Notes: generated from the letters alone by a model not told the origin. DNA of 64,000 bases from Candidatus Latescibacterota bacterium (GCA_965243025.1 CBDETY010000003.1:5664001-5728000); one strand, 5' to 3'; counted from the first letter of the stretch, positions 10,725-21,703 are shown. Numbers and translations are program-made.

Positions 10725-10934
10725 CGGGCTGCTCCGTTGCCGTTGCGGGTGGAGGTTGAAATCCGGGCGGGCGCGAGAACATGAAGCCGCCGCACCCGTG
10801 CCCATGTAATGGTAAAATATGGCACCTTTCCGGCTTTTCTGAGGTCTGCTCTTCGCGCATGGCCTTGAGAGGACACAAAAAACGCGGAGCAGACGGGCTG
10901 CTCCGCGTCGCGGAAAAAAACAGGAAACCGGTGT

Positions 10935-11546
10935 TTACCACCGGCCGCGCCAGCGTTTGCCGCCTCCGTAGAACGCCTCGTCCTTCATCACTTCGAGCTG
11001 TTCCCGCTGCTCATCGGTCAGGACGTCTTCCAGGGCGGTGCGGTGCTTCTGGCGCGTATCGCGAATCTCCTCGCGGTGCCCGGTGCGCAACTCCTCGAGC
11101 TGTTCCTTCTGCTCGTCGGTCAGGTCCAGCTTTGAAAACGCGCCCATGCCGCCGCGCCCGGGGTGGTCCCGACCCTTGCCCCCGCGCCACATGTCGTACC
11201 GGTCCTTCCCCTTGCCGCCGCGGCCGTCGAAAAACCTGCCGCGCCTGCCGCGCATTTCTTTCAGGGTCTCCTGCTGCTCCCCGGTCAGAATGTTCATTAC
11301 CGCCTCCCGCTGCTCCTCAGCCATGGCGGCCATGGCCTCCCGCTGCTCGCGCCTGGCTTCGCGGTGCTCCCTGCGCAACTCCTGCAACTGCTCCTTCTGC
11401 TCGCCGGTCAGGTCGAGACGCTCCAGCATCCACGGCCCGGGCTGCCCGTGCCCCCGCATCTTTCCTCCGTGCCCGGCTACGGCCACGGTGACCAGCGCGC
11501 CGAGCGCCAGCGCGGCGCCGGCTGCAATGATCCATTTCTTTTTCAT
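10935..11546 (-). CDS. Spy/CpxP-family periplasmic chaperone
   Basis: Signal peptide and repeated LTxEQ motifs. Confidence 0.85.
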   Translation of the reverse strand: MKKKWIIAAGAALALGALVTVAVAGHGGKMRGHGQPGPWMLERLDLTGEQKEQLQELRREHREARREQREAMAAMAEEQREAVMNILTGEQQETLKEMRGRRGRFFDGRGGKGKDRYDMWRGGKGRDHPGRGGMGAFSKLDLTDEQKEQLEELRTGHREEIRDTRQKHRTALEDVLTDEQREQLEVMKDEAFYGGGKRWRGRW

Positions 11547-11748
11547 CGTTCTTTCTCCCGCGTCAAGCGTCAGTTGGGTTCAACCGCCTGGCCGGCGGCT
11601 CTTGAGATATGGCCATTTCTTCTCTCCACGCCCCATTAGACCACCTGACGATGCAATTCATTTCATTGAGGGTTCATTTTTTTCCTGATTGCGGCAGCGG
11701 GACCGCAACGACACCGCCCCTGCCGCGAGGTTCGGCGCGACCGGGAAA

Positions 11749-14538
11749 TCAGTAGGCTACGTGCACCAGTCGGTGAACCGAGGTTCGAACGACTTCCGAA
11801 TCCGGGTGGATTTTGATCCTCAGCAGGTAGATGCCCGGAGGTACGATTCCACCCGAGGTGCTTTTTCCGTTCCAGGTGAGAGAGTGGCGGCCGGCGGTTC
11901 TGGCTTCGACGCTCAGCCGGTTGACCAGCCTGCCGCCCAGATCGTACACCTCCACCTGGACGGGAATGGGAGATCCGAGCCGCAGCAGCGAGAAACCGAC
12001 CTCCATCATGTCGTTGATTCCGTCGCCGTTCGGGGTAAAGCTGTCATCCGTTTCGAGGTCCCCGAGCAAGGTCCCCTGCTCCAGGGCAAGAACAACGGTG
12101 GTTTCGCTGTCCTCGACTCCGTTGGCATCGCCGTCGTCCACCCTCTGCCATGAACCGTCGAAGCCGGAATGACCCAGCGACCCGTTAAAGAAAGTGTTGT
12201 ACCCGAAAACCGTGGTCTCGTACCGCACTTCGACCAAAGCGGATCCCCGCGTCGTTCTGACCGGGGCAGGGAGACGCAGCCAGAGTGAATCGGCGTCGTT
12301 CCTGACTACTTCGAAGCCCGCACTCCCTGTCACGTAGCGGACGGCCGACTCGCCGGTCACGTTCACCTCGGCCCGCTCGAAGGTCATGGCGATTCCCTCG
12401 GGGGCCTCGATGAGGATCTCGTCAAACCCCAGGCTTTCCCCATCGAAGGCGGAGCGGACGAAATAGGACAGTTCCTGTCTGGCGCCGAGTGTCTTCAAAC
12501 GGGAAGGCAAGACCTCCCCGACGATACTCTTCGCCACCGGAGTTGCGAAGTTCAGCTGCACGGAACGCAGGGAGGCAGCCGCCATCGGGACCTCGGTCAG
12601 GAAGGTCGCGCGAATGGCGGCGTATTTTCTCGGACTTGGGGAGCTGATCCTGTCGCCCGAGCTGAAATAGGGCTGGCTCCAGCCGCTCCATTCGCTGCCC
12701 GGTACCTTTTCGACCACCGCCCGCCCCACCGCATTCTCGCCGAAGTATTTCTTGTCGGAAGCGTACGCTTCGGCGGCTTCTTCGTCCGTGCCGGGGTACT
12801 TTTCCCCGTTCTTCTGGTAGTAGTGGGTCTTTGTCTGGAAGGTATCGCCGGTTCGGGTCTGCAGAATCAGTTCGGTGCCCGGGGGTACGTCGGCGTCCCA
12901 CTGGATCGTCGTCAGGTTCCGGGGGGTGCCGGCGATCTCGATGAACGAAGACTCGCCTTCGAACGCGGACGAAATCCGCGACTCCGGCATGTACCCTTCC
13001 CCGAAGAACTGCATCTCCGACAACCCGGACCTGTCGCTTACGAACCAGTCGCCGAGTCCGAAGGTAAAGGCGACGTGTTCCACTTTCGTGAGCGGGAACT
13101 TCAGGTCGTTGTACCGGTTGCCGGAGGCGAGATTCTCGAAGGAACCCACTGTTTTCCAGGCGAGTTCCCCGTCTGCATGAGTGCTGCCGTCCGAGACCTG
13201 GATCCGGTAGGTGGGAAACGGAGCAGTGAACGTCCCGGCGGCATGCAGCACCCGGATGTTGTCGAGGAAGTAGGAGCCGCCGAGATCTATGAACAGGGAG
13301 CGCTCCAGGTCCGGAGGGTCCCAGGGCAACAGCTTGTCGGGGTCGAAGTAGGCATTGGTGGACCAGTGGGGCACCTTGCCGAAATAGTCTCCGTCGACCA
13401 CCGCCATCTCCGAGCCGCTGTTGTCGGAACTGGTCACTTTCCCGCCCCGGTCGAGAACGCCCGTGCCGATGTTGTCCCCGATCGCCCAGACCTCGATCTC
13501 GGCCAGCCTGGGGCGCTCGCGGCGGTAGTGGATTACCGGCCCCTGCATGCCGCTGCCGGCCAGCCGGTCCCAGTCCTCCCTGCCATCGAGCGGGTCACGG
13601 TTCCCCCGGGCATCCTCCCGGAAATAGAGGACATCCCCTTTCTGTTCGGGCGGCAGGTCCTCGTACGTGCCAGGGGAAACCTCTCTGCTTTTTCCGAAGT
13701 CGCTGTCAGTTATCCCGATTCCCACGTAGCGGATCACGTCGCCGCTGAAGTCGCCGGCGACATCCGGCCACTTGGTCGCCAGCTGCCTGGTCAGATCGAT
13801 CTCGAACCGGCGCTCGTTCTTGACCGGTCTGTTCGTGGTGAACCGGGTGCGGAACAGCATCGGTTCGACCGGTCTCTCACCCTGGGAGGTGGTCACCTTG
13901 AAGTGCAGGAAAGGGTCCCCGACCTCTTCTTCGACAAACTCGAGGACGATCCGGGTGGCCGATACCGTCCGTCCCAGGTCGATTTGCACCCACCAGTCCT
14001 CCAGCAGGTCGGACCGGTCCGGTTCCCACCAGGTGTCCAGCCTGCCATCCATCAGGTTGGCGGCGTCCAGGGCGTTGGATCCGGCATCCCTTATTCCTCC
14101 GCCGAAATCCGCGGCGTTGAGGACGGCGTTGATGCCGGGAACGACGGTTTCCCCGCCGTCTGTTTCCAACCGGGTGCTTTTCCGAACGAAGGTGGGCATC
14201 ACCCCTTCGTCGGAGATGTGGATAGTCCCTGCGGCGGAACGCCAGCGTTCCCAGTGTTCCCGGGAATCGATTACGACTTTCCCGGGCAACAACGAGTAAC
14301 CCCCCTGTGCCCAGCATGCGGCCGGAAGGGCCAGCGGGGACAGCAGGAAGACGAACTCCCTCAAGGTTCGCGGAATCGCAGTCAGTAGTTTTCTATCGGT
14401 CTTGACCGACCCGGGTTGATGAAACCAGGCGGGTCGGCGCCTTCCCGCGTGCGGATGGCTACCCGGGCGTGGGCTTTCCGTCCCGACCAGCTGATATCCC
14501 CCAAGTTGGGGATGTTGGTGTATAGGGAAAAAAGGCAC
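11749..14538 (-). CDS. Large secreted protein with discoidin-like domains and C-terminal FlgD-Ig domain (paralog A; true start probably nearer 14360-14400)
   Basis: FTPNGDGIND...EVYDLGGRLV...WNGK...PPGIYL tail; LMDGRLDTWW, IDLG motifs; aligns by eye with 16929-19586. Confidence 0.8.
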   Translation of the reverse strand: MPFFPIHQHPQLGGYQLVGTESPRPGSHPHAGRRRPAWFHQPGSVKTDRKLLTAIPRTLREFVFLLSPLALPAACWAQGGYSLLPGKVVIDSREHWERWRSAAGTIHISDEGVMPTFVRKSTRLETDGGETVVPGINAVLNAADFGGGIRDAGSNALDAANLMDGRLDTWWEPDRSDLLEDWWVQIDLGRTVSATRIVLEFVEEEVGDPFLHFKVTTSQGERPVEPMLFRTRFTTNRPVKNERRFEIDLTRQLATKWPDVAGDFSGDVIRYVGIGITDSDFGKSREVSPGTYEDLPPEQKGDVLYFREDARGNRDPLDGREDWDRLAGSGMQGPVIHYRRERPRLAEIEVWAIGDNIGTGVLDRGGKVTSSDNSGSEMAVVDGDYFGKVPHWSTNAYFDPDKLLPWDPPDLERSLFIDLGGSYFLDNIRVLHAAGTFTAPFPTYRIQVSDGSTHADGELAWKTVGSFENLASGNRYNDLKFPLTKVEHVAFTFGLGDWFVSDRSGLSEMQFFGEGYMPESRISSAFEGESSFIEIAGTPRNLTTIQWDADVPPGTELILQTRTGDTFQTKTHYYQKNGEKYPGTDEEAAEAYASDKKYFGENAVGRAVVEKVPGSEWSGWSQPYFSSGDRISSPSPRKYAAIRATFLTEVPMAAASLRSVQLNFATPVAKSIVGEVLPSRLKTLGARQELSYFVRSAFDGESLGFDEILIEAPEGIAMTFERAEVNVTGESAVRYVTGSAGFEVVRNDADSLWLRLPAPVRTTRGSALVEVRYETTVFGYNTFFNGSLGHSGFDGSWQRVDDGDANGVEDSETTVVLALEQGTLLGDLETDDSFTPNGDGINDMMEVGFSLLRLGSPIPVQVEVYDLGGRLVNRLSVEARTAGRHSLTWNGKSTSGGIVPPGIYLLRIKIHPDSEVVRTSVHRLVHVAY

Positions 14539-14565
14539 CTTTTATGATTCTCGGCCAAGGCGCTG

Positions 14566-16596
14566 ATGAGTATGGGCAACTCTCTTCCCGTGGACTCCCG
14601 ACCTCCCATTCCGTCCCACATGGTGCTGAATCCGGGACAGGATGCAGCCTCAATACCGCGGAAGCATTTCCCGAAAGCAATGGCGATTCTTCTGCTTGTA
14701 ACTGCCGCTCTTGCCGTCGACGTCCACAGGGGTTGGGGGGTGGTCGTCTACCGCATCGGAACCCCGTTCACCGCGGTGGAAAGGGACAGCCTCCGCGGCC
14801 TCGGCATCGATGTCGAGGAAATCCCCTGGTGGCCCTCGCTGGGGCACGACGCTGTCGAGCAGGACTCGCTGCAAGCCGGTTCGCTGCAACCCGACTTCTT
14901 CGACCAAGACGAAGATATCGCCGCGACTCTGTTGATCAGGGGCGGGCGGGTCGCTGCCAATATCAGCTACTTGACCAGAGATCCGAAGCTCCAGGTGATG
15001 GTCGATGGCGACCCGGCCACGGCCTGGACATGGGCCGAGGTGACCCCGGAAAGTTTCGCAACCTTTCATCGGAACACCTGGGGTGTGATGCTCGGTCTGG
15101 GTGGTGAGTTTCTCGTCAGGGAAGTGGTTTTCAGACCGCTTGCGCACCGGCCCGATCACTACCTCGAGAATGTCCAGATCCTGGTCCGTGACCAAGGCGA
15201 AGGCGACTATGGGCCGTACGCGCATTTTCAGATGGTTGCGGAGGTGAAAGAAAACACGGAACCGGATGTCAGGGTGACCCTCGATCCGCCGGTGACTGCC
15301 GGAGAAGTCTGGTTGAGGATCATTCGGCATACCCCGAAAGAGGTCGGCATCGCCGATATCGAAATCTATGGCGGAGGGTTCGTGAGACATGCCTACTACG
15401 AATCGGAGGTCATCGAAATGGAGGATCTCGCCAGCTGGGGAGAGATTCACTGGGAAGGGCGCCGGGATCCCGAAGCCCGCGTCGAGATTCGCACCCGGAC
15501 CGGAGATGATCCACAGCCGGAAATTTTCTGGGAACAGAGGACCGAACATCAGGACCGGATCAGATTCCTCCAGGGCGGGGGCGACCTGGACTTCGCCGAA
15601 TACAATCGCCAGTACGATCTGCTCGACGAGTTCCGAAAGCCCGGGGAACCGGATCGGAGAAGGACGGTCGACGTTGAAAACTGGAGCTACTGGTCCAGTC
15701 CCTATCCGTTCGAAACTCCAGGGGTCGCCATCGCCTCTCCAAGCCCGCGGAAGTTCATCCAGCTGAAAACGGAATTCCTGTCTACCGTCATGCACGGCGG
15801 GAAGATCGACTACATACAGCTCAGGGCCTCCGTTCCGCCGGCGGTCGGTGGGCTCGTCGGTGAGATCCACCCCACCGAGACTCGACTGGGTGAGGTCTCG
15901 CGTTTCACCTACTTCGTCAAGCCGACCATTCGCGCCGGAGACAGGGGATTCGACGGCATCGAGATTTCCACCCCTTCCGGAGTGGTATCGGTGGACTCGC
16001 TGCGCATAAACCGGATCGATCAGGAGTTCTCCTGGTCGGTCAACGCGGACGGCCTGGGGTTCGAGGTCATGCTTCCGCGCAGATTGGAACCCGCAGACAG
16101 CGGGGTGCTGGTGGAGGTGGTGTTCAGCGCCACGGTGTTGAGAGAGGTGGGAAACCTGTTTGCAGGCAGGGCGATCGATACTTCGAGGCCGCAGGAAGTG
16201 CGCCAGAGGATTCTTCCAGGCAATGCAGCTCATGAGATAGACAGCGATCGTCTGTCAGTGACCACCGCGTTGAGCAACTCGCTGCTGTTGGGCTGGAAGA
16301 TTTCGCCGAATCCGTTTACGCCCAACGGGGACGGCATTAACGATGCTGCGAAAATCTCCTACAAGCTCGTACGGGTCACCTCTCCGGTGCGGGTGTCCAT
16401 CGGGATATACTCCCTGTCGGGCCGGCTGGTGAAGCAGGTCTACGAAGGGGAGAGTCCGATCGGTGAGTATGCTCGTTTCTGGGATGGAACGGACAGTTCG
16501 GACAGGCCGGTGGCTCCCGGGCTGTACCTGTATCGAATCGCGGCCGACGTGCGCCATCGGGAAACCGGCATCGGCATCCTGTCAGTGGCTTACTGA
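14566..16596 (+). CDS. Secreted FlgD-Ig-tailed protein (start uncertain, possibly 14680)
   Basis: SPNPFTPNGDGIND...WDGTD...APGLYLY tail; MVDGDPATAW. Confidence 0.75.
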   Translation: MSMGNSLPVDSRPPIPSHMVLNPGQDAASIPRKHFPKAMAILLLVTAALAVDVHRGWGVVVYRIGTPFTAVERDSLRGLGIDVEEIPWWPSLGHDAVEQDSLQAGSLQPDFFDQDEDIAATLLIRGGRVAANISYLTRDPKLQVMVDGDPATAWTWAEVTPESFATFHRNTWGVMLGLGGEFLVREVVFRPLAHRPDHYLENVQILVRDQGEGDYGPYAHFQMVAEVKENTEPDVRVTLDPPVTAGEVWLRIIRHTPKEVGIADIEIYGGGFVRHAYYESEVIEMEDLASWGEIHWEGRRDPEARVEIRTRTGDDPQPEIFWEQRTEHQDRIRFLQGGGDLDFAEYNRQYDLLDEFRKPGEPDRRRTVDVENWSYWSSPYPFETPGVAIASPSPRKFIQLKTEFLSTVMHGGKIDYIQLRASVPPAVGGLVGEIHPTETRLGEVSRFTYFVKPTIRAGDRGFDGIEISTPSGVVSVDSLRINRIDQEFSWSVNADGLGFEVMLPRRLEPADSGVLVEVVFSATVLREVGNLFAGRAIDTSRPQEVRQRILPGNAAHEIDSDRLSVTTALSNSLLLGWKISPNPFTPNGDGINDAAKISYKLVRVTSPVRVSIGIYSLSGRLVKQVYEGESPIGEYARFWDGTDSSDRPVAPGLYLYRIAADVRHRETGIGILSVAY

Positions 16597-16928
16597 TCCC
16601 CGTACTTCACCGCGGCCTGGTCCCCCTCCGGCCTCGGGGCCGCGCTCCGGAGGGTCGTCCCGGCCGCCGCCGGCCTGGCGGTGGCAGATCACTCGCGGTC
16701 GAACATGGGGGTGGATATCACCGCCGGCAGGGGTTGGCTCGGAGCAGTCGGGCCGGTGCGCCGGTGCGAATCTGTTCTGATCGCTCCCATATTACCGTAT
16801 ACTTACGGCCAATACCTGTTCGGCGGCATCCGTTCGGTGGAACAGGCGTCCGACAGGCCCCCGCTTTCTGTCCTGCTTCGCGCTCCGTTTCGGAGGCAGG
16901 ACCGGCACATCCTCTGTGAGGCTGCCCC

Positions 16929-19586
16929 ATGGGAACTGCGCTCACCTGCTTTCTCGCCTGCCTTCTCCTCGCAGCTCCCGGCCGCGGCCAGGAGGGCTTC
17001 TCCCTCGAGTTGGGCCGAGCCGTGGTCGACTCGAAGGAGCAGTGGGAGCGCTGGCACGCCCCCTTCAAGACCATCCGGATCACCGACGAGGGCGTGAAGC
17101 CCGCCTTTATCCGCAAGAGCACCCTTCTCGACATCGACGGCCGGGAAACCGTCGTTCCCGGGATCAACGCCGTCCTCAACGCCTGGGAGTTCGGCGGAGG
17201 CGCAACCGTGGCCGGTTCCAACCTCGGTGCCGCTCCCGCCCTGATGGACGGCCGCCTGGACACCTGGTGGGAGCCGGACCGGTCTGACCGGCTCGAGGAC
17301 TGGTGGGTGGAGGTCGATCTGGGACGCACCGTTTCGGCCAACCGCATCGTGCTCAGGTTCGTCGGCGAGGAGTTCGGAGATCCATTCCTGCATTTCAAGG
17401 TGACCACCTCCCAGGGAGAGACGGTCGTCGGTCCGCGCATCTTCAGGACCCGGTTCGTCACCGGAAACCCGGTCAAGAACGAACGGGTGTTCGAGATCGA
17501 CCTGACCAAGCAGCTTCCCACCAAGTGGCCGAGGGTGACCGGCGACTTCACGGGGGACGTGATCCGCTATGTCGGAGTCGGCATCACCGGCAGCGACTAC
17601 GGCAAGGCGAGGCGGGTCACGCAGGAGGAGTACGAAGCCCTTCCCCCCGAGCACCAGGGAGACATCGAGTACTTCCGGCAGCGTCCCTCCGGCAGCCTGA
17701 CCCTGCTCGAGGAGGGGAAGGAGGGCTGGGACGCCCTGGCCGGCACCGCCAGCCAGGGGCCGGCGGTCCATTACCGCCGCGAGCTTCCCAGGCTGGCCGA
17801 GATCGAGGTGTGGGCGATCGGGGACAACATCGGCACCGGGGTGCTGGAGCGCGGCGGCGCGGTGACCAGCGACGAGAACAGCGGCGAAGAAGGGGCCGTG
17901 GTCGACGGGGACTTCTTCGGCGAGGTGATCTACTGGACCGCCCGGGGGGCCTACAACCCGAACCTGCTGCCCACCTCGGCGCCGGCCGACATCGAACGCC
18001 AGCTGGTCGTCGACCTGGGGGGCGCGTTTTTCCTCGACAACATCCGGGTGCTGCAGATCGCCGCCCCGGCGCACACGGGACCCTTCCCCGACTACCACAT
18101 CCGCCTCTCGGACGGGTCGACCAACGCCGGCGGAACCCTGGCCTGGAAGACGGTGGGCTCGGTGTCCGGCCTCGAAACCACGGGGAGGAGCCCGACCAGC
18201 CAGCGCTACAACGACTTCAAGTTCCCGCTCACGGTCGCCAAGTATTTCTCCTTCACCTACCGGGTCTTCCCCAACACCCGATGGGTGGGAATCGCCCAGG
18301 ACTTCGGTCTCTCCGAAATCCAGTTTTTCGGCGAAGGGTTCATGCCGGAGTCCTGGATCGAATCGGTTTTCGGAGGGGAGTCGCCGTACATCGAGCTGGG
18401 CGACCAGCCCCAGAACCTGGCGACGATCGAGTGGGACGCCGATACCCCTCCCGGCACCGACCTGGTCCTGCAGACGCGGACCGGCAACACGGTCGAGACG
18501 GTGACCCATTACTACAAGAACAACGGGGATGTATACCCCGGCACCGAAGAGGAAGCGGCCAAAGCCTACAACAGCGACAAGGATCTTTTCGGCGAGAACT
18601 CGGTCGGTCCGGCCATCACCGAGACCATACCGGGTCCGGACTGGAGCGGCTGGAGCCAGCCGTATTTCGAGCCGGGAGAGAAGATCACCTCGCCGAGTCC
18701 GCGCCGCTACGTGTCGATCCGGGCGACGTTCCTGACGGAAGATCCGATGGCGGCCGCGACGCTGCGTTCGCTGGCGCTGAACTTCGTGACGCCGGTGGCC
18801 GGGGCGATCGTGGGGGAGGTGCTGCCGTCCCGTCTGGAGGAGATCGGCCTGAAGCAGGAGCTGTCCTACTTCGTGCGCTCGACTTTCGAGGAGGGCAGCC
18901 AGGGGTTCGACGAGGTGCTCATCGAGGCGCCGGACGGGGTGGAGATGTCGCTGAGGCAGGCGCAGGTGAACGTCACCGGCCGGGAAGCGGTGACCTACAC
19001 CCCCGGCAGCGAGGGCTTCGAGGTGGTTCGGAACGAGTCGGACTCGCTGTGGGTGCGCTTTCCCGAGGCGCTCAAGACGACGAGCGGCTCGGTGCTTGTC
19101 GAGGTCGCGTTCGAAGCGACGATTTTCGGATACAACACCTACTTCATCGGCTCGACGGGTCACTCGGAGTTCGCGAACTCGTGGCAGCGGGTGGATGACG
19201 GGGATGCCAACGGGGTCAACGACAGCGAGACGACGGTGGTGCTGGCCCTGGAGCCCGGAGAGCTGCTGGGGAACCTGGAGATCGACGGCAGCTTCACACC
19301 GAACGGGGACGGCGTCAACGAGGAGCTGGAGGTGGGGTATTCGCTGATGCGGGTGGGAAGAGCCGCCCCGGTGCGGGTGGAGGTGTATGACCTGGGCGGC
19401 CGCCTGGTGAGCCGCTTGAGCGACGACTCGCAGGAGGCGGGCCGCCACAAGGTGACCTGGACCGGCAGGGACGGCTCGGGGGGACTGGCTCCCCCGGGCA
19501 TCTACCTGTTGCGCATCGACCTGGACGTCGACGACAAGTCGGGCAAGAACAGCTCCGTCCACCGGCTGGTGCATCTCGCGTACTGA
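16929..19586 (+). CDS. Large secreted discoidin-like/FlgD-Ig protein (paralog B)
   Basis: Signal peptide MGTALTCFLACLLLAAPGRG; same architecture as paralog A. Confidence 0.85.
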   Translation: MGTALTCFLACLLLAAPGRGQEGFSLELGRAVVDSKEQWERWHAPFKTIRITDEGVKPAFIRKSTLLDIDGRETVVPGINAVLNAWEFGGGATVAGSNLGAAPALMDGRLDTWWEPDRSDRLEDWWVEVDLGRTVSANRIVLRFVGEEFGDPFLHFKVTTSQGETVVGPRIFRTRFVTGNPVKNERVFEIDLTKQLPTKWPRVTGDFTGDVIRYVGVGITGSDYGKARRVTQEEYEALPPEHQGDIEYFRQRPSGSLTLLEEGKEGWDALAGTASQGPAVHYRRELPRLAEIEVWAIGDNIGTGVLERGGAVTSDENSGEEGAVVDGDFFGEVIYWTARGAYNPNLLPTSAPADIERQLVVDLGGAFFLDNIRVLQIAAPAHTGPFPDYHIRLSDGSTNAGGTLAWKTVGSVSGLETTGRSPTSQRYNDFKFPLTVAKYFSFTYRVFPNTRWVGIAQDFGLSEIQFFGEGFMPESWIESVFGGESPYIELGDQPQNLATIEWDADTPPGTDLVLQTRTGNTVETVTHYYKNNGDVYPGTEEEAAKAYNSDKDLFGENSVGPAITETIPGPDWSGWSQPYFEPGEKITSPSPRRYVSIRATFLTEDPMAAATLRSLALNFVTPVAGAIVGEVLPSRLEEIGLKQELSYFVRSTFEEGSQGFDEVLIEAPDGVEMSLRQAQVNVTGREAVTYTPGSEGFEVVRNESDSLWVRFPEALKTTSGSVLVEVAFEATIFGYNTYFIGSTGHSEFANSWQRVDDGDANGVNDSETTVVLALEPGELLGNLEIDGSFTPNGDGVNEELEVGYSLMRVGRAAPVRVEVYDLGGRLVSRLSDDSQEAGRHKVTWTGRDGSGGLAPPGIYLLRIDLDVDDKSGKNSSVHRLVHLAY

Positions 19587-19891
19587 TTCCGACGCGGGGA
19601 AACCCCCCTGAGAAACAAGGCCTGAATCAGGCCGAGCGGCGTCATGGCCCGCCCAATCCATCGCCGCCGACTTCCGCAACTTCCGCTGCGCTCCTTCCTC
19701 TCTCTCAGAAAAGCCTTGAAACGCGAAGGTCGCGGTACCTGGCGCGGGTGCGCTGCACCTCGAGCCAGATGAAAACCGGGACTCCGGTTTGAAGGACAAC
19801 CATCCCGGCGCCCGCGGGGGCCGCCCCCGGGCGACTTCCTCATCAGTACCCGGTGGGTAAGTTCCAGGCCAGCCGAGTCGTGGGGGTGGTG

Positions 19892-20791
19892 TTACCTCGT
19901 CAGCGTTCCGGCGAAATGGTCGAGGAAGCGCGGCGCATCCACCGCCACGCACACGTCGGTGTTTGGCTCGGCATCCCTTGCCGGGGCCGGAACCGTCGCC
20001 CCGTTGAGGTGCCCGGACCTCGTCTCCACCTCGATCCGCATGGGCCGCGTCTCGCAGAAGGTGGGATCGAACACCATGGCGACGGCCAGCGGATCGTGCA
20101 GTAACGGCCGGCGCTGCGGGTTGTCACCCCGCCAGAGCTGGATCAGCTCGAAGCAGAGCCGGTTGATCGGGCGGTCCACGGCCCCGACCGCCCGCACCTG
20201 GTCCAAGCTCATGCGGCACTGCTCGGTCACGTCCAGGCCGACCATGGTGATCGGAACCCCGGTCCCGAACACGATGCGCGTTGCCTCCGGATCGCACAGG
20301 GCGTTCCACTCCGGGCGGGGGCGGTTGGTGCACCCGCCCATCAGGCAGATCCTGGCTCTGTCGGCCATGCGGGGTTCTATAGTGAAGGCGGCCGCGATGT
20401 TCGTCAGCGGGCCGATCGGCACCAGGGTGACGTCGCCGGCGCCGCTCATGACGGTGTCGACGATGAAGTCGACCGCGCCCCGGGACGCGGGCCTGGTCGA
20501 TGCCGGGTATCGCTCGAGCGCCTGCATCTGGTGCGGCTCATGTGCCGCGATCGCCGCCCGGCCCTCGGTCACCGAATCGAGCAGGGGCTTCCCCAGGCCG
20601 GCGTAAACCCCGACGTCGCTCCGCCCCAGCGCCTCCAGCACGCAGCAGGCGAGCTCGGCCCGGCGGACGGTGTCGCGGAACACGGTGGTGACCCCGAGCA
20701 ACTCGATCTCCCCGCACATGAGTGCGTACGCGAGCGCCAGCGCGTCGTCGATGTCGTCCCCGATGTCGGTGTCCAGGATGATCTTGTGCAC
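19892..20791 (-). CDS. Nucleoside hydrolase (IU-NH family)
   Basis: ILDTDIGDDIDDALAL, IGPLTNIA, EWNALCDPEA, LHDPLAV. Confidence 0.92.
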   Translation of the reverse strand: MHKIILDTDIGDDIDDALALAYALMCGEIELLGVTTVFRDTVRRAELACCVLEALGRSDVGVYAGLGKPLLDSVTEGRAAIAAHEPHQMQALERYPASTRPASRGAVDFIVDTVMSGAGDVTLVPIGPLTNIAAAFTIEPRMADRARICLMGGCTNRPRPEWNALCDPEATRIVFGTGVPITMVGLDVTEQCRMSLDQVRAVGAVDRPINRLCFELIQLWRGDNPQRRPLLHDPLAVAMVFDPTFCETRPMRIEVETRSGHLNGATVPAPARDAEPNTDVCVAVDAPRFLDHFAGTLTR

Positions 20792-20920
20792 TGCGCGCTC
20801 CTCTCCGGCGGGCAGACCGCCAAGGGTGGATCCATGTGCAGGTAAAAATAGAGCCGGCCGGGGAACAGACCCTGCCTGGACAGCCTCGAACGGGGCCGGA
20901 TCGGTCAGGGTCGATGATTC

Positions 20921-21703
20921 TCAGGGGACCGCCACCGGCCGGGCCTTCCCCGATGTCGGGTCAGGCCGGACATCGGCCGCCTCCAGGGCGACGCGGAAAC
21001 CGTAGTCGGTCAGCTGCCGGTCGGGCAGGATCGCCGAGCGGTGGGCGCAGCGGGTGACCTTGACGGCGTGCCGCCAGGAGCCGCCCCGGGAGGCGCGCCG
21101 CTGGCCGGCGGCCGGGCCGGGAGGGTTGCGGTCCGGGGAGACGGCGTAGTATCCCGGGTCGTACCAGTCCGAGCACCACTCGTGGACGAGGTCGCCCATG
21201 TTGTGCAGGCCGTAGCCGTTTGGGGGGTCCCGGCCGACGCGGTCGGGGCGCTCAACGTCGTCGCCCCGGTAGCGGGGGTCCATCCAGTCGGGAGGGCCGT
21301 CGCCCCAGGGGTATTCCCGCTCCTCCATCCCGCCCCGGGAGGCCTTCTCGCGTTCGGCCTCGGTGGGGAGGCGGAAGGCGGCGTCCAGCTCGGCGGAGAG
21401 CCAGGCGCAGTAGGCGACGGCGTCGAACCAGCTCACCGCCACGGCCGGCTGCTCCGGGTCGGCGAAGCGCTCGTCCCCCCAGGAGCGCGGCGGCGGGCGG
21501 CCGGCCGCGTCGAGGAAGGACTGGTACTCGAGGCGGGTCACGGGCCGCAGGGCCAGGGCGAAGGCGTCGACCCAGACGCCGTGGGCGGGCGCCTCGTTGG
21601 CGCGGCCCCGGTCGCTGCCCATGCGGAACCGGCCCTCCGGGATCAGGGCCACCTCCGGCACCGCCGGGGGAACTGCGGCGGCGGAGTCCACCGCCCGGCT
21701 CAT
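20921..21703 (-). CDS. Formylglycine-generating enzyme family (SUMF1/PvdO-like) protein; start uncertain
   Basis: FRMGS, FRLPTEAEREKA, YPWG, PNGYGLHNMGDLVHEWC, RGGSW, GFRVA. Confidence 0.9.
   Translation of the reverse strand: MSRAVDSAAAVPPAVPEVALIPEGRFRMGSDRGRANEAPAHGVWVDAFALALRPVTRLEYQSFLDAAGRPPPRSWGDERFADPEQPAVAVSWFDAVAYCAWLSAELDAAFRLPTEAEREKASRGGMEEREYPWGDGPPDWMDPRYRGDDVERPDRVGRDPPNGYGLHNMGDLVHEWCSDWYDPGYYAVSPDRNPPGPAAGQRRASRGGSWRHAVKVTRCAHRSAILPDRQLTDYGFRVALEAADVRPDPTSGKARPVAVP

Noticed and set aside
16803-19952. 1049-aa minus-strand ORF and many other long antisense ORFs (e.g. 23185-25713, 12823-14388)
   Set aside because: Shadow frames of real genes in high-GC DNA; no recognisable motifs
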